In this document: piece by piece, positions 20,355 to 28,151 of the stretch
Layout of the letters: each line of letters begins with the position of its first letter
How positions within the stretch are numbered: position 1 is the stretch's first letter
Assembly: GCA_031547085.1 (NCBI GenBank)
Contig: JAVBSH010000055.1
Span: forward strand, 3,249-67,248
Reading direction: 5' to 3'
From: Bacteroidales bacterium
GTDB taxonomy: Bacteria; Bacteroidota; Bacteroidia; Bacteroidales; UBA4181
Length of the DNA: 64,000 bases
Position numbers and translations under genes: made by a program
Notes under the pieces: generated by a model
Database searches by the model: none
What the model saw: only the letters and a program-made list of their open reading frames with translations
What the model was told of the DNA's origin: nothing

Positions 20355-22553
20355 TTAAGACATCGGTTCCGCCACCGTATATTGTGAATATACCAGATTA
20401 TAATAATCACCCTTCTTTTCCATTAAAGAATCATGGGTTCCAACTTCTGCTACAAAACCTTTATTTAACACAATGATTTGGTCGGCATTTTTTATTGTGC
20501 TGAGCCGGTGGGCAACAATAACAACCGTTCTGCCTTTGAAGGAATCGTTCAGGGCAGTAACAATCTTGCTTTCGTTTACCGCATCCAACGAGTTGGTGGC
20601 TTCATCCAGAAACAAAAAATCCGGATTGCGATATAATGCCCGCGCGATGAGCAACCGTTGTTTCTGTCCTCCACTAAGTCCCCTGCCTGTTTCGCCGATG
20701 ACTGTTTCATATCCTTTGGGCATTTGATTGATTTCTTCCTCGAACTGGGCAATTTGGCAAGCATTACGAACATTTTCGTAGTCGATCTTCTCGTCGTCGA
20801 GTACGATATTATTGAGAATCGTGTCACTGAATAATTTACCGTCTTGCATGACAACTGCACACATTTTACGCCATGTTCGCAAATTGATATTCTTTATGTT
20901 CATACCACCCATCAAAATTTCTCCATACGAGGGATTATAAAGCCTCAACAAAAGTTTTAAAAGAGTGGATTTTCCGCTGCCGCTTCCACCAACAATGGCC
21001 GTTACTTTGTTTTGTGGAATGGTTAGATGAACATATTGTAGTACCAGAGGTGAATTTTGATGGTATTGAAAACTGATATTTGACAACTTCAAATCCCTGC
21101 TTTCGGGAATAATATTGGTACTGCTGACAGACAGGGCTTCTTCCTCGTCATCCAATTGACGGATTTCGTTGATACGCAAAAAACTGATCTTTGCATATTG
21201 CGCCGAAATGATAAAATTAATGTACTGGCTCAGGGGACCATTCAACATGCCGATGATAAATTGCGTTGAAATCATCACACCAAAAGTGATTTCACCGGCA
21301 ATTACCGCTTTGGCGCAATAGAACACAATAGCCATATTTTTGATGTTCTCTATGAATTGAGCGCCCAAATTTTGGGTGTTGGTAACGGTTAATACCCTTT
21401 TGTTTACTTTGTAGAGCCGGGCCTGTATTTCCTCCCATTTCCAGCGACGATGTTTTTCGTAATTGTAAGTTTTGATATCCTGAATAGCAGACACCGTTTC
21501 CACCCAATAACTCTGGTCTTTGGAGACAATTTCAAAGTATTCCCAATCCAGCTTTTTACGTATATTCAGGAAGAGCAATACCCATAATACATAAAACACA
21601 GAACCAAAAAAGAATATGAAGAATATTATTTTATTATATATCAACAATATGACGCCGAAGATGACGAAAGTAAGCGTGGAGAATACCATTGCCAACGAAT
21701 TGTTCATGATAAAACTTCGTATCCGTTCGTGGTCGCGGGCGCGTTGCAAGATATCTCCCAATATCTTGTTTTCGAAAAATGTAACGGGCAATTTCATCAA
21801 CTTGATTAAGTAGTCTGAAATCAACGAAATATTTACCCGCGAGGTAATATGCAATAAAATCCAATCCCGTAAAATGTTGAATATCGTTATGCTGAACAGT
21901 ATGGAAATATTGCCTATAAGAATCATATTGATAAAACTTATATCCTGTGTTTTGATCCCCACGTCAATAACTGCTTTGGATATAAACGGCAGTACACCCT
22001 GCAACAAAGTAACAACCAGCATGATGACAAGCAGCAAGGTGAAACTTCGCTTATAGGGGACAAAATAGTTGAGCATATTGATCAGGCTTATCTGATGTAC
22101 CCGTCGCTCCTGGGCTGTCAGTTTGAAATCAGCCATCGGTTCAATTGCCAGTAAAACGCCTGTCTTTTCACCTTTTTTGTACCAGCCCTTTTTGAACTCT
22201 TGATGAGTATATTTTATTAACCCTTTCGAAGGGTCGGATACATAGATATACTTTTTTGTTGTATGGTAAACCACTACAAAATGATTGTCATTCCAATGGA
22301 TGATGGCCGGTAGAGGCACTTGAGAAATGATGTCGTCAAGGGTACACTTGATGGGAAGGCTTCTTAACCCGATACTTTCGGCTCCTGTCGTTAAATCCAG
22401 CAGGGAAACACCTTCTTTTGAGAGACCGCACTTATCCCGCAGGTATTGCAGGGAGTAAAACCGTCCGAAATGTTTGGCGATAATCTTGAGACTGGCGGGT
22501 CCACAATCTTGCGAATCCATTTGGTATTCTACGGGAAATCGTCTAAGTATCAT
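20355..22553 (-). CDS. Peptidase-containing ABC transporter (PCAT; C39 peptidase, TMD and NBD)
   Basis: 732 aa with a C39 triad (Q11..C17 in QMDSQDCGPASL, H91 in NHFVVVY, D107 in VSDPSKG). Also Walker A GGSGSGKST, signature LSGGQKQR, Walker B FLFLDEATN and H-loop VAHRLSTI. Confidence 0.93.
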   Translation of the reverse strand: MILRRFPVEYQMDSQDCGPASLKIIAKHFGRFYSLQYLRDKCGLSKEGVSLLDLTTGAESIGLRSLPIKCTLDDIISQVPLPAIIHWNDNHFVVVYHTTKKYIYVSDPSKGLIKYTHQEFKKGWYKKGEKTGVLLAIEPMADFKLTAQERRVHQISLINMLNYFVPYKRSFTLLLVIMLVVTLLQGVLPFISKAVIDVGIKTQDISFINMILIGNISILFSITIFNILRDWILLHITSRVNISLISDYLIKLMKLPVTFFENKILGDILQRARDHERIRSFIMNNSLAMVFSTLTFVIFGVILLIYNKIIFFIFFFGSVFYVLWVLLFLNIRKKLDWEYFEIVSKDQSYWVETVSAIQDIKTYNYEKHRRWKWEEIQARLYKVNKRVLTVTNTQNLGAQFIENIKNMAIVFYCAKAVIAGEITFGVMISTQFIIGMLNGPLSQYINFIISAQYAKISFLRINEIRQLDDEEEALSVSSTNIIPESRDLKLSNISFQYHQNSPLVLQYVHLTIPQNKVTAIVGGSGSGKSTLLKLLLRLYNPSYGEILMGGMNIKNINLRTWRKMCAVVMQDGKLFSDTILNNIVLDDEKIDYENVRNACQIAQFEEEINQMPKGYETVIGETGRGLSGGQKQRLLIARALYRNPDFLFLDEATNSLDAVNESKIVTALNDSFKGRTVVIVAHRLSTIKNADQIIVLNKGFVAEVGTHDSLMEKKGDYYNLVYSQYTVAEPMS

Positions 22554-22559
22554 GTCGAT

Positions 22560-23903
22560 TTATTGTTCAGTTTGATTTCGAATTTCATCACTTGTGACAG
22601 AATATTTCAAATTATCAAACAGTCTTTGAATTAATCGTCTGTTTTTCGTGATGATTTCGGCCATCCCTTTAGATTCGAAATTCAAATCCAATTTAGCACC
22701 ATAGTTTGTTGTGCTTCCATCGGGAAATTCTACGATAACCCTGTAAGCATCCATATCACTACGCTCCGTCTTTATCTTGCTTGTAATGTGCGAAATAGAT
22801 TTAACTACCCCTCTTATCGAACCGAACTCATCATAAGGATAATTATTTAATTTCACATTCACTTGCTGCCCGATTTCCACCTTTCCAGAGCCATACGAAG
22901 GAATCATCACTTCGCCAACAAGTTCATTTTTCAGCGGAATAACGGAATACAATTCCTGTCCGGCCTGTACAAAACTGTTTTGCCTCCAGAAATCCAAATA
23001 TTCCAGTTTACCGTCAATCGGGGATACAGTTACAAAATTTTGTTTCCAAACAGCAATACGGTTGATTAATTCGTTTTTTCCGGTGATTAATTCTAACCAA
23101 AACCGGTGAACGGTTTCTTTTTCTTCCGTTTTCAACTGTTCTATATCCATAGTATTCTTTTTTATCCTCGACTGAATGGACGATAATTCGGTTTGTAAAT
23201 TGTGGTATGCTTCAGTTGCTGTCAAGTGTTCGGCTTTTTGCCTGACATACTCCGCCTCGCTCATTGCTTTTTGCACAAAAATGATACTGTCTTTGGAAAG
23301 CTGCTCCGAAGAAATTTTCAATATCTCGTTCCTTATGGATATTTCATTTTGAATGTTACTCAAAATTTTATTGTCCATTTCAATCTGGCTCCTTAAACTG
23401 TTACAGCGTATCCCATAAGTATTGGAGCTCATGAAATAGTGGTATTGTTGATGCGCTTTATAAAAATTGCTGTACGCAGGGCTGATCTCACCCAATTCCA
23501 ATTGTTCGTTTAAAGGAATTTCGGATATTTTCGTAATATCGCAGGAATTGATGATGGAATCAACCGTGTTCGCATCCCGGTAATCTGTGGAACTGTATAT
23601 ATAGGAAATGACAGTGCCTTTTGTTACCGTGTTGCCATCTTCTTTCAGTAAATGCAATCTCCCGTTGTTGCTGGAAACAAGCCGCACAGGCGCTGTCAAC
23701 GCGGTAATGGATATCTGGCCGTCAACCGTATCGTGGTACCTGACTATAAAACCAATGGTGAAAATAATGGCAATCAATATGATGGTAATGATGGCGGCGT
23801 AAATAGAAGTTTGGGTCGGCATACGGTCGATGATGGATTGTACCTCTTCGCTCCGTTCATCATCCTCTATATGGCCTGTATTTTCATTTTCAATTGTGCT
23901 CAT
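22560..23903 (-). CDS. HlyD-family membrane fusion protein
   Basis: 447 aa with a single N-terminal TM segment, a long coiled-coil centre and a beta-barrel-like C-terminus. It starts 7 nt upstream of the PCAT gene. Confidence 0.85.
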   Translation of the reverse strand: MSTIENENTGHIEDDERSEEVQSIIDRMPTQTSIYAAIITIILIAIIFTIGFIVRYHDTVDGQISITALTAPVRLVSSNNGRLHLLKEDGNTVTKGTVISYIYSSTDYRDANTVDSIINSCDITKISEIPLNEQLELGEISPAYSNFYKAHQQYHYFMSSNTYGIRCNSLRSQIEMDNKILSNIQNEISIRNEILKISSEQLSKDSIIFVQKAMSEAEYVRQKAEHLTATEAYHNLQTELSSIQSRIKKNTMDIEQLKTEEKETVHRFWLELITGKNELINRIAVWKQNFVTVSPIDGKLEYLDFWRQNSFVQAGQELYSVIPLKNELVGEVMIPSYGSGKVEIGQQVNVKLNNYPYDEFGSIRGVVKSISHITSKIKTERSDMDAYRVIVEFPDGSTTNYGAKLDLNFESKGMAEIITKNRRLIQRLFDNLKYSVTSDEIRNQTEQ

Positions 23904-23919
23904 TTCCTATTTGTTTAAA

Positions 23920-25407
23920 TTAATGAAGTAACACTTCCGTTAATTCCTTATTTTCTACAAAATCGAACAAGGTCTTGTTACGCAAATTGTAATAACCGGC
24001 CCAAACCTCTTTCATTGCTGTGTAATACCTGTTCATGGAAGCAAATACTTCCTTCTGGGCGATTCCTAATTCGTAAATGGATAATTTTCCCAAATCAAAT
24101 TTACTGACAGAAACCTCGTATTGTTTCATTGCCAGTTCGAAAGATGAACGGGCAATAGTCATCAGGTTCACGTTGTGATTATAATTGTTGACTAATTCCT
24201 TCAAATCGTTGTAAAAAAGGATGTATTCCCGGTCGATTTCCATCAAGGAAATTTCATAATTATTTTGTGCTATTTTGAAGTTGTTTTTATTAACACCCCA
24301 TTGAAAAACAGGAATTTGTAACCCGATGGTCAGTGATTGCTGCGATGCCATGTTTTTGTAAGCGTCTCTAAATACAGGAGCGTATTGATTCGTACCCAAG
24401 TTAAAACTGATGTTACTCGTAAAACGGTTCTGGTATTTGGCATTGTGGATTTGCTTTTCGGCTTCTATACGTCTTATTTGCTGCCCCAAAGCGAAGGAAT
24501 TATTATTTTCGGCATATTCCATTACCATGTCGAAATTCAAAAAATCCGGAAGGTCGAAATCAGGGCTTTCAATTGCATAATGTTTAAAAATATCAGCTAT
24601 GCCAAGGTAGTTCAACAAACTGCGAAGTGAAACTTCATATTCCTTTTTATAGTTTTCGGAAGCAAAACGGTCGTTTACCGCCTGTATTTTCATTTGTAGA
24701 TATTCATTTTCCGCCATTCGCCCGTTGTCGAATTTTATAGTACTTGCCTGTAGAAGTGTATCCGAAATGGCTTCGCTTTTCAAAGCAATATCCATTGACA
24801 TCTTTACCAAAAACAAATCCATGTAAAGCAAAATTACTTCACGTTGAATATCCGTGATACTGTTGCAATAATCCTTTGCCGCCTTGATATTCCTTTTTTG
24901 CTCAATATTTTTCGTAAACTTGTAATCAGCTGCGGAACCGCCAAATAACTTTTGACTGTAACCAATGGAAAACGGACGGGTATTAAAGCTCCTTCTCTCC
25001 TCGTTGAATTCATTGAGCATGTTCACGTTGCTTCCGATATTGACGCTGCCACCTGTGATGCCGATCTTTTGCGTGACTGATACGCCCATGCTGCTGTTGT
25101 TTGAAAAATCATCAATATAAGAATAACTGCCATCGGTTGGACTTTGCAATACCTTGTATGAACGATTGAAACTGGCGGGGCTGATATTAATGGCAACAGA
25201 AGGGAGGAATCCCCTTTTGTAATTTTCAAAACTGTAATTGGCATTATCATAATTGAGTTTTGCTTTGATAGCTCCTGGCGCGGCAAAACAATATTCGGTC
25301 AGTATTTTATTCAAGCTTATCTCAAAAGTTTGACAATTAATTTTGCTATTGCATACGAGCAATAGCAAAATTGTTGAAAAATATTTACAAAACCTTGTCA
25401 GGTTCAT
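23920..25407 (-). CDS. TolC-family outer-membrane efflux protein
   Basis: 495 aa with a signal peptide and a two-fold repeat of helical/beta segments typical of OEP proteins. It is the first gene of the TolC-HlyD-PCAT operon. Confidence 0.8.
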   Translation of the reverse strand: MNLTRFCKYFSTILLLLVCNSKINCQTFEISLNKILTEYCFAAPGAIKAKLNYDNANYSFENYKRGFLPSVAINISPASFNRSYKVLQSPTDGSYSYIDDFSNNSSMGVSVTQKIGITGGSVNIGSNVNMLNEFNEERRSFNTRPFSIGYSQKLFGGSAADYKFTKNIEQKRNIKAAKDYCNSITDIQREVILLYMDLFLVKMSMDIALKSEAISDTLLQASTIKFDNGRMAENEYLQMKIQAVNDRFASENYKKEYEVSLRSLLNYLGIADIFKHYAIESPDFDLPDFLNFDMVMEYAENNNSFALGQQIRRIEAEKQIHNAKYQNRFTSNISFNLGTNQYAPVFRDAYKNMASQQSLTIGLQIPVFQWGVNKNNFKIAQNNYEISLMEIDREYILFYNDLKELVNNYNHNVNLMTIARSSFELAMKQYEVSVSKFDLGKLSIYELGIAQKEVFASMNRYYTAMKEVWAGYYNLRNKTLFDFVENKELTEVLLH

Positions 25408-25418
25408 ATAAAATGTTT

Positions 25419-25426
25419 TATTTTTG
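25419..25426 (+). promoter_or_regulatory. Candidate Bacteroidota -7 promoter box (TAnnTTTG) for the plus-strand island genes
   Basis: TATTTTTG lies 28 nt upstream of the ATG at 25454, in the 46-bp divergent gap. A second match, TAATTTTG, is at 25439-25446. Confidence 0.3.
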
Positions 25427-25453
25427 CAAAAATAGAAATAATTTTGAATTGAA

Positions 25454-26398
25454 ATGACGGATATATCTAAACTGGTTGGTCATATTCTATCAAATGTCTG
25501 TTTAGTAGACACTACAGGCTTATATTACGGGAAAGCAGGAATATCTTTAGCCCTGTTTGAGGCCTCCGGGTATCTTCAAGATGAAGATATGGAAGATAAA
25601 GCGTTCAATATTCTTCGGGAAGCATTAATTCTCAAAAGCGGGGATTTTAGTTTTGAAAATGGATTATCCGGAATTGGGTACGTTTTGTGTTACCTGATGG
25701 AGAATAAATTCATAGAGGCTGATTTTGATGAAATATTCGGCGAACAGTATGAAAAAACTGTAAAAAGCCTCGAAGATATAGAAAAAAAACCTGAAAGACT
25801 GTTGAACACATTACAGGTTATCTACTTTCTATCTTCGGTAAGGAAGATAAAACCAAATGATGAACGGCTGCAAAAAATCATCAAAAAAATTTTTGAAGGC
25901 TTGGAATTGTTTTTCATAGTCCAATTTCAGGATTTTATTGACATTCACTACATCAATGACAAAATGGCGGTTTTGAGGATTTATGAAACTTACCTTAAAT
26001 TGGTCAATTTTGCGGGTTACACTCACTTTTCGCATTCGTTATTAGAAAATTACGTCGATTTATACCGAACGGGTAGAGCGGTAAGTTCAATAGCTATCGG
26101 ATATTATTTAGGGATGTTGTTAAGAAACAACGCGATAACAGGCTATGACGATGTTGTAAAAAATCATATAGAGAACGGAATCAGGGATATACACGAAGAT
26201 ATGCTTTCACCAGGAGAAAAAGTAGATGTCACGAAATTATTAACTGATGTCAAAAACAACGGAATCGCGCAGCTGCCGGATACAAAGATCGATGATCTGC
26301 CAAAAAACGTAGGCTTGGGTTCCTGTTCCTTAGACTACAAGAAAGGGTTGTCGCGGCTTCTCTTATTTTGTGTAAACAAACAAGCCGAACTTTTATAA
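25454..26398 (+). CDS. LanC-like (alpha/alpha-toroid repeat) protein lacking recognisable zinc-ligand motifs
   Basis: 314 aa. The N-terminal repeats LYYGKAGISLALFE and ENGLSGIGYVLCYL resemble LanC GxxG helix-repeat motifs. No WCxG or CHG motifs were seen. Assignment is tentative. Confidence 0.45.
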   Translation: MTDISKLVGHILSNVCLVDTTGLYYGKAGISLALFEASGYLQDEDMEDKAFNILREALILKSGDFSFENGLSGIGYVLCYLMENKFIEADFDEIFGEQYEKTVKSLEDIEKKPERLLNTLQVIYFLSSVRKIKPNDERLQKIIKKIFEGLELFFIVQFQDFIDIHYINDKMAVLRIYETYLKLVNFAGYTHFSHSLLENYVDLYRTGRAVSSIAIGYYLGMLLRNNAITGYDDVVKNHIENGIRDIHEDMLSPGEKVDVTKLLTDVKNNGIAQLPDTKIDDLPKNVGLGSCSLDYKKGLSRLLLFCVNKQAELL

Positions 26399-26408
26399 TA
26401 TTCAAATT

Positions 26409-27230
26409 ATGAGTGAAATATCAGTCATCCTACCAGTATGTAACCATGAAAAATATGTACATGATACCATAAAAAGTATTCTGAATCAATCTTTTGAGGA
26501 TTTTGAACTCATTCTCGCCGATGATGGCTCAACAAACGATTCATTATCCGTTGTCAAATCATTTGAAGATAGCCGCATTCGTATCATAGCCCGTAATGAT
26601 TTACACAATCGCACCAACGCATTAAATGCAGGTATAGAATCAGCTTCGGGTAAATACATAGCAATGATGGAAGCAAATCATATCATGCACGTTGACCGGT
26701 TGAAAATTCAACATGCCTTTATGGAGGCAGAACCTTCAATTACCGTATGTAGTGCACATATAAAATATTTTGATGCTCAAAAGCAGGAAAATAACGCTAT
26801 CAAACTACGAGTGCCCGGTGGTTTGATAGAAAATCCGCTGTTGTTCTTTTTAAGTGGTAATTGTATCATACACCCAACTGTGATGATACGAAATCAATTT
26901 TTAAAGAAGCACCAATTGCTATACGAAAATTATCCCGACGCGGAAAACTTTAAACTTTGGACTGAAATTGCCAAACGCGGAGGACAATTTCATATGGATA
27001 CGCAACAGTTGCAGTACGGTCAAGTAACAAACAAACAAGATGATGGGCTAAAACGGCAATCATCCGATCATATTATCAACGAAATAGTTGAATTTCTGGC
27101 AAAAAGGCATCCTGAACTGGAAGTTATCCTGGCAAATTTCAAAAAATTGCAGGATAAAGAAACGATGACACACTTGGATATAGTCGGATTTTTCCATCAT
27201 TTCTTCACGAAAAATAAAGATAAGTTATGA
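26409..27230 (+). CDS. Family-2 glycosyltransferase with a non-canonical DxD region
   Basis: 273 aa with ISVILPVCNHEKYVHDTIKSILNQSFEDFELILADDGSTNDS (GT-A N-terminus). The expected xDxDD is replaced by YIAMMEANHIMH. Confidence 0.8.
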   Translation: MSEISVILPVCNHEKYVHDTIKSILNQSFEDFELILADDGSTNDSLSVVKSFEDSRIRIIARNDLHNRTNALNAGIESASGKYIAMMEANHIMHVDRLKIQHAFMEAEPSITVCSAHIKYFDAQKQENNAIKLRVPGGLIENPLLFFLSGNCIIHPTVMIRNQFLKKHQLLYENYPDAENFKLWTEIAKRGGQFHMDTQQLQYGQVTNKQDDGLKRQSSDHIINEIVEFLAKRHPELEVILANFKKLQDKETMTHLDIVGFFHHFFTKNKDKL

Positions 27231-27469
27231 CCGGAATACATATCGGAAAATTAATACGCACCAAATTGGAAGACGATAGACGCTCGGTGGAATGGCTCGC
27301 AAATAACATTGGCTGCGTACGAGACAATGTTTACAAGATACTTAAGAAAGAATCCATTGACACTGAACTTTTAATGCGCATATCCGTGGCGCTTGAAACG
27401 AATTTCTTCCGCTACTATTCTGATATTTATTATGATAAGATGAAAAAGAAAACAGACAATACTGATTAG
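27227..27469 (+). CDS. Small XRE-like helix-turn-helix regulator
   Basis: 80 aa with IGKLIRTKLEDDRRSVEWLANNIGCVRDNVYKILKKESIDTELLMRISVALETNFF. Its ATG overlaps the GT2 stop (ATGA). Confidence 0.65.
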   Translation: MTGIHIGKLIRTKLEDDRRSVEWLANNIGCVRDNVYKILKKESIDTELLMRISVALETNFFRYYSDIYYDKMKKKTDNTD

Positions 27470-27479
27470 GAAAGGTCAC

Positions 27480-27525
27480 ATATACAAAATATATACATTT
27501 TGTATATATTTTATATACAGTATAT
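27480..27525. promoter_or_regulatory. Palindrome array (five ATATAC/GTATAT hexamers); candidate operator
   Basis: ATATACAAAAT-ATATAC-ATTTTGTATAT forms 11-bp perfect arms (27480-27490 and 27497-27507). ATATAC-A-GTATAT follows at 27513-27525. It lies between the HTH gene stop (27469) and the 171-aa gene start (27611). Confidence 0.45.
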
Positions 27526-27610
27526 TGATTTCACTTATTGCGATTTAACTTAATTTTGAATCACTAAATTTTAATATTTTGTTGTATAACCTTAATAAAA
27601 AATCGATATC

Positions 27611-28126
27611 ATGAAGAACTTGACAAAAAAGAGCCTTGATGAATTGGCAAAAACGATGAGTTTGATCCCAGAAGATGAAAGGGATGGTTATTGGGGAATG
27701 TATAGTAATGACTGCTTTTGGAGATGCGTTTCTTATTTAGCGACAGGTGATCGTAGTGAAACTGCAGCTGCAAGGTTTGCAGAATCTTATTGGAGTGGAG
27801 AATTAGGATACTATGGTGCAATGAATCACCTATCTGTTAACCAAGGAGATATGTCATTAGACAGTGCTATATCTTTTAAAAATTCTTATGCCGGTTCCAT
27901 CAACATGAGCAGCATCTGCATTCAACTTGTGGGCAACAGTGTTGGGCATGCGCTTGTTTATCAGGGAGCGGGTAAGAAGAATATACTTGGTCAGACACAC
28001 GATGTCTATTATTATTATGATCCACAAAACGGGACAAATGTCGAATCGTTAATTAAACACAAAACTATAACAGAGTTAGAAGCTTCATCGAATTCATCCG
28101 CTTCGTCGAATTCGTCAAATCCATAG
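27611..28126 (+). CDS. Leader-bearing small protein with a C39/papain-like Cys-His-Asp motif set and a Ser/Asn tail
   Basis: 171 aa. The N-terminus MKNLTKKSLDELAKTMSLIPEDERDGYWG resembles a bacteriocin-type leader helix. C35 lies in SNDCFWRC, H113 in VGHALVY and D137 in YYYDPQNG. The transporter's own C39 domain has the same pattern (DCGP, NHFVVVY, VSDPSKG). The tail is SSNSSASSNSSNP. Confidence 0.6.
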   Translation: MKNLTKKSLDELAKTMSLIPEDERDGYWGMYSNDCFWRCVSYLATGDRSETAAARFAESYWSGELGYYGAMNHLSVNQGDMSLDSAISFKNSYAGSINMSSICIQLVGNSVGHALVYQGAGKKNILGQTHDVYYYYDPQNGTNVESLIKHKTITELEASSNSSASSNSSNP

Positions 28127-28151
28127 GTCTTAAAAAAAATAAAAAAAAACA

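Noticed and set aside
28085-28120. Two EcoRI sites (GAATTC) 18 nt apart at the end of the 171-aa gene, considered as a possible cloning artefact.
   Set aside because: They arise from an imperfect 18-nt tandem duplication encoding SSNSSA/SSNSSN. Nothing else suggests engineered sequence.
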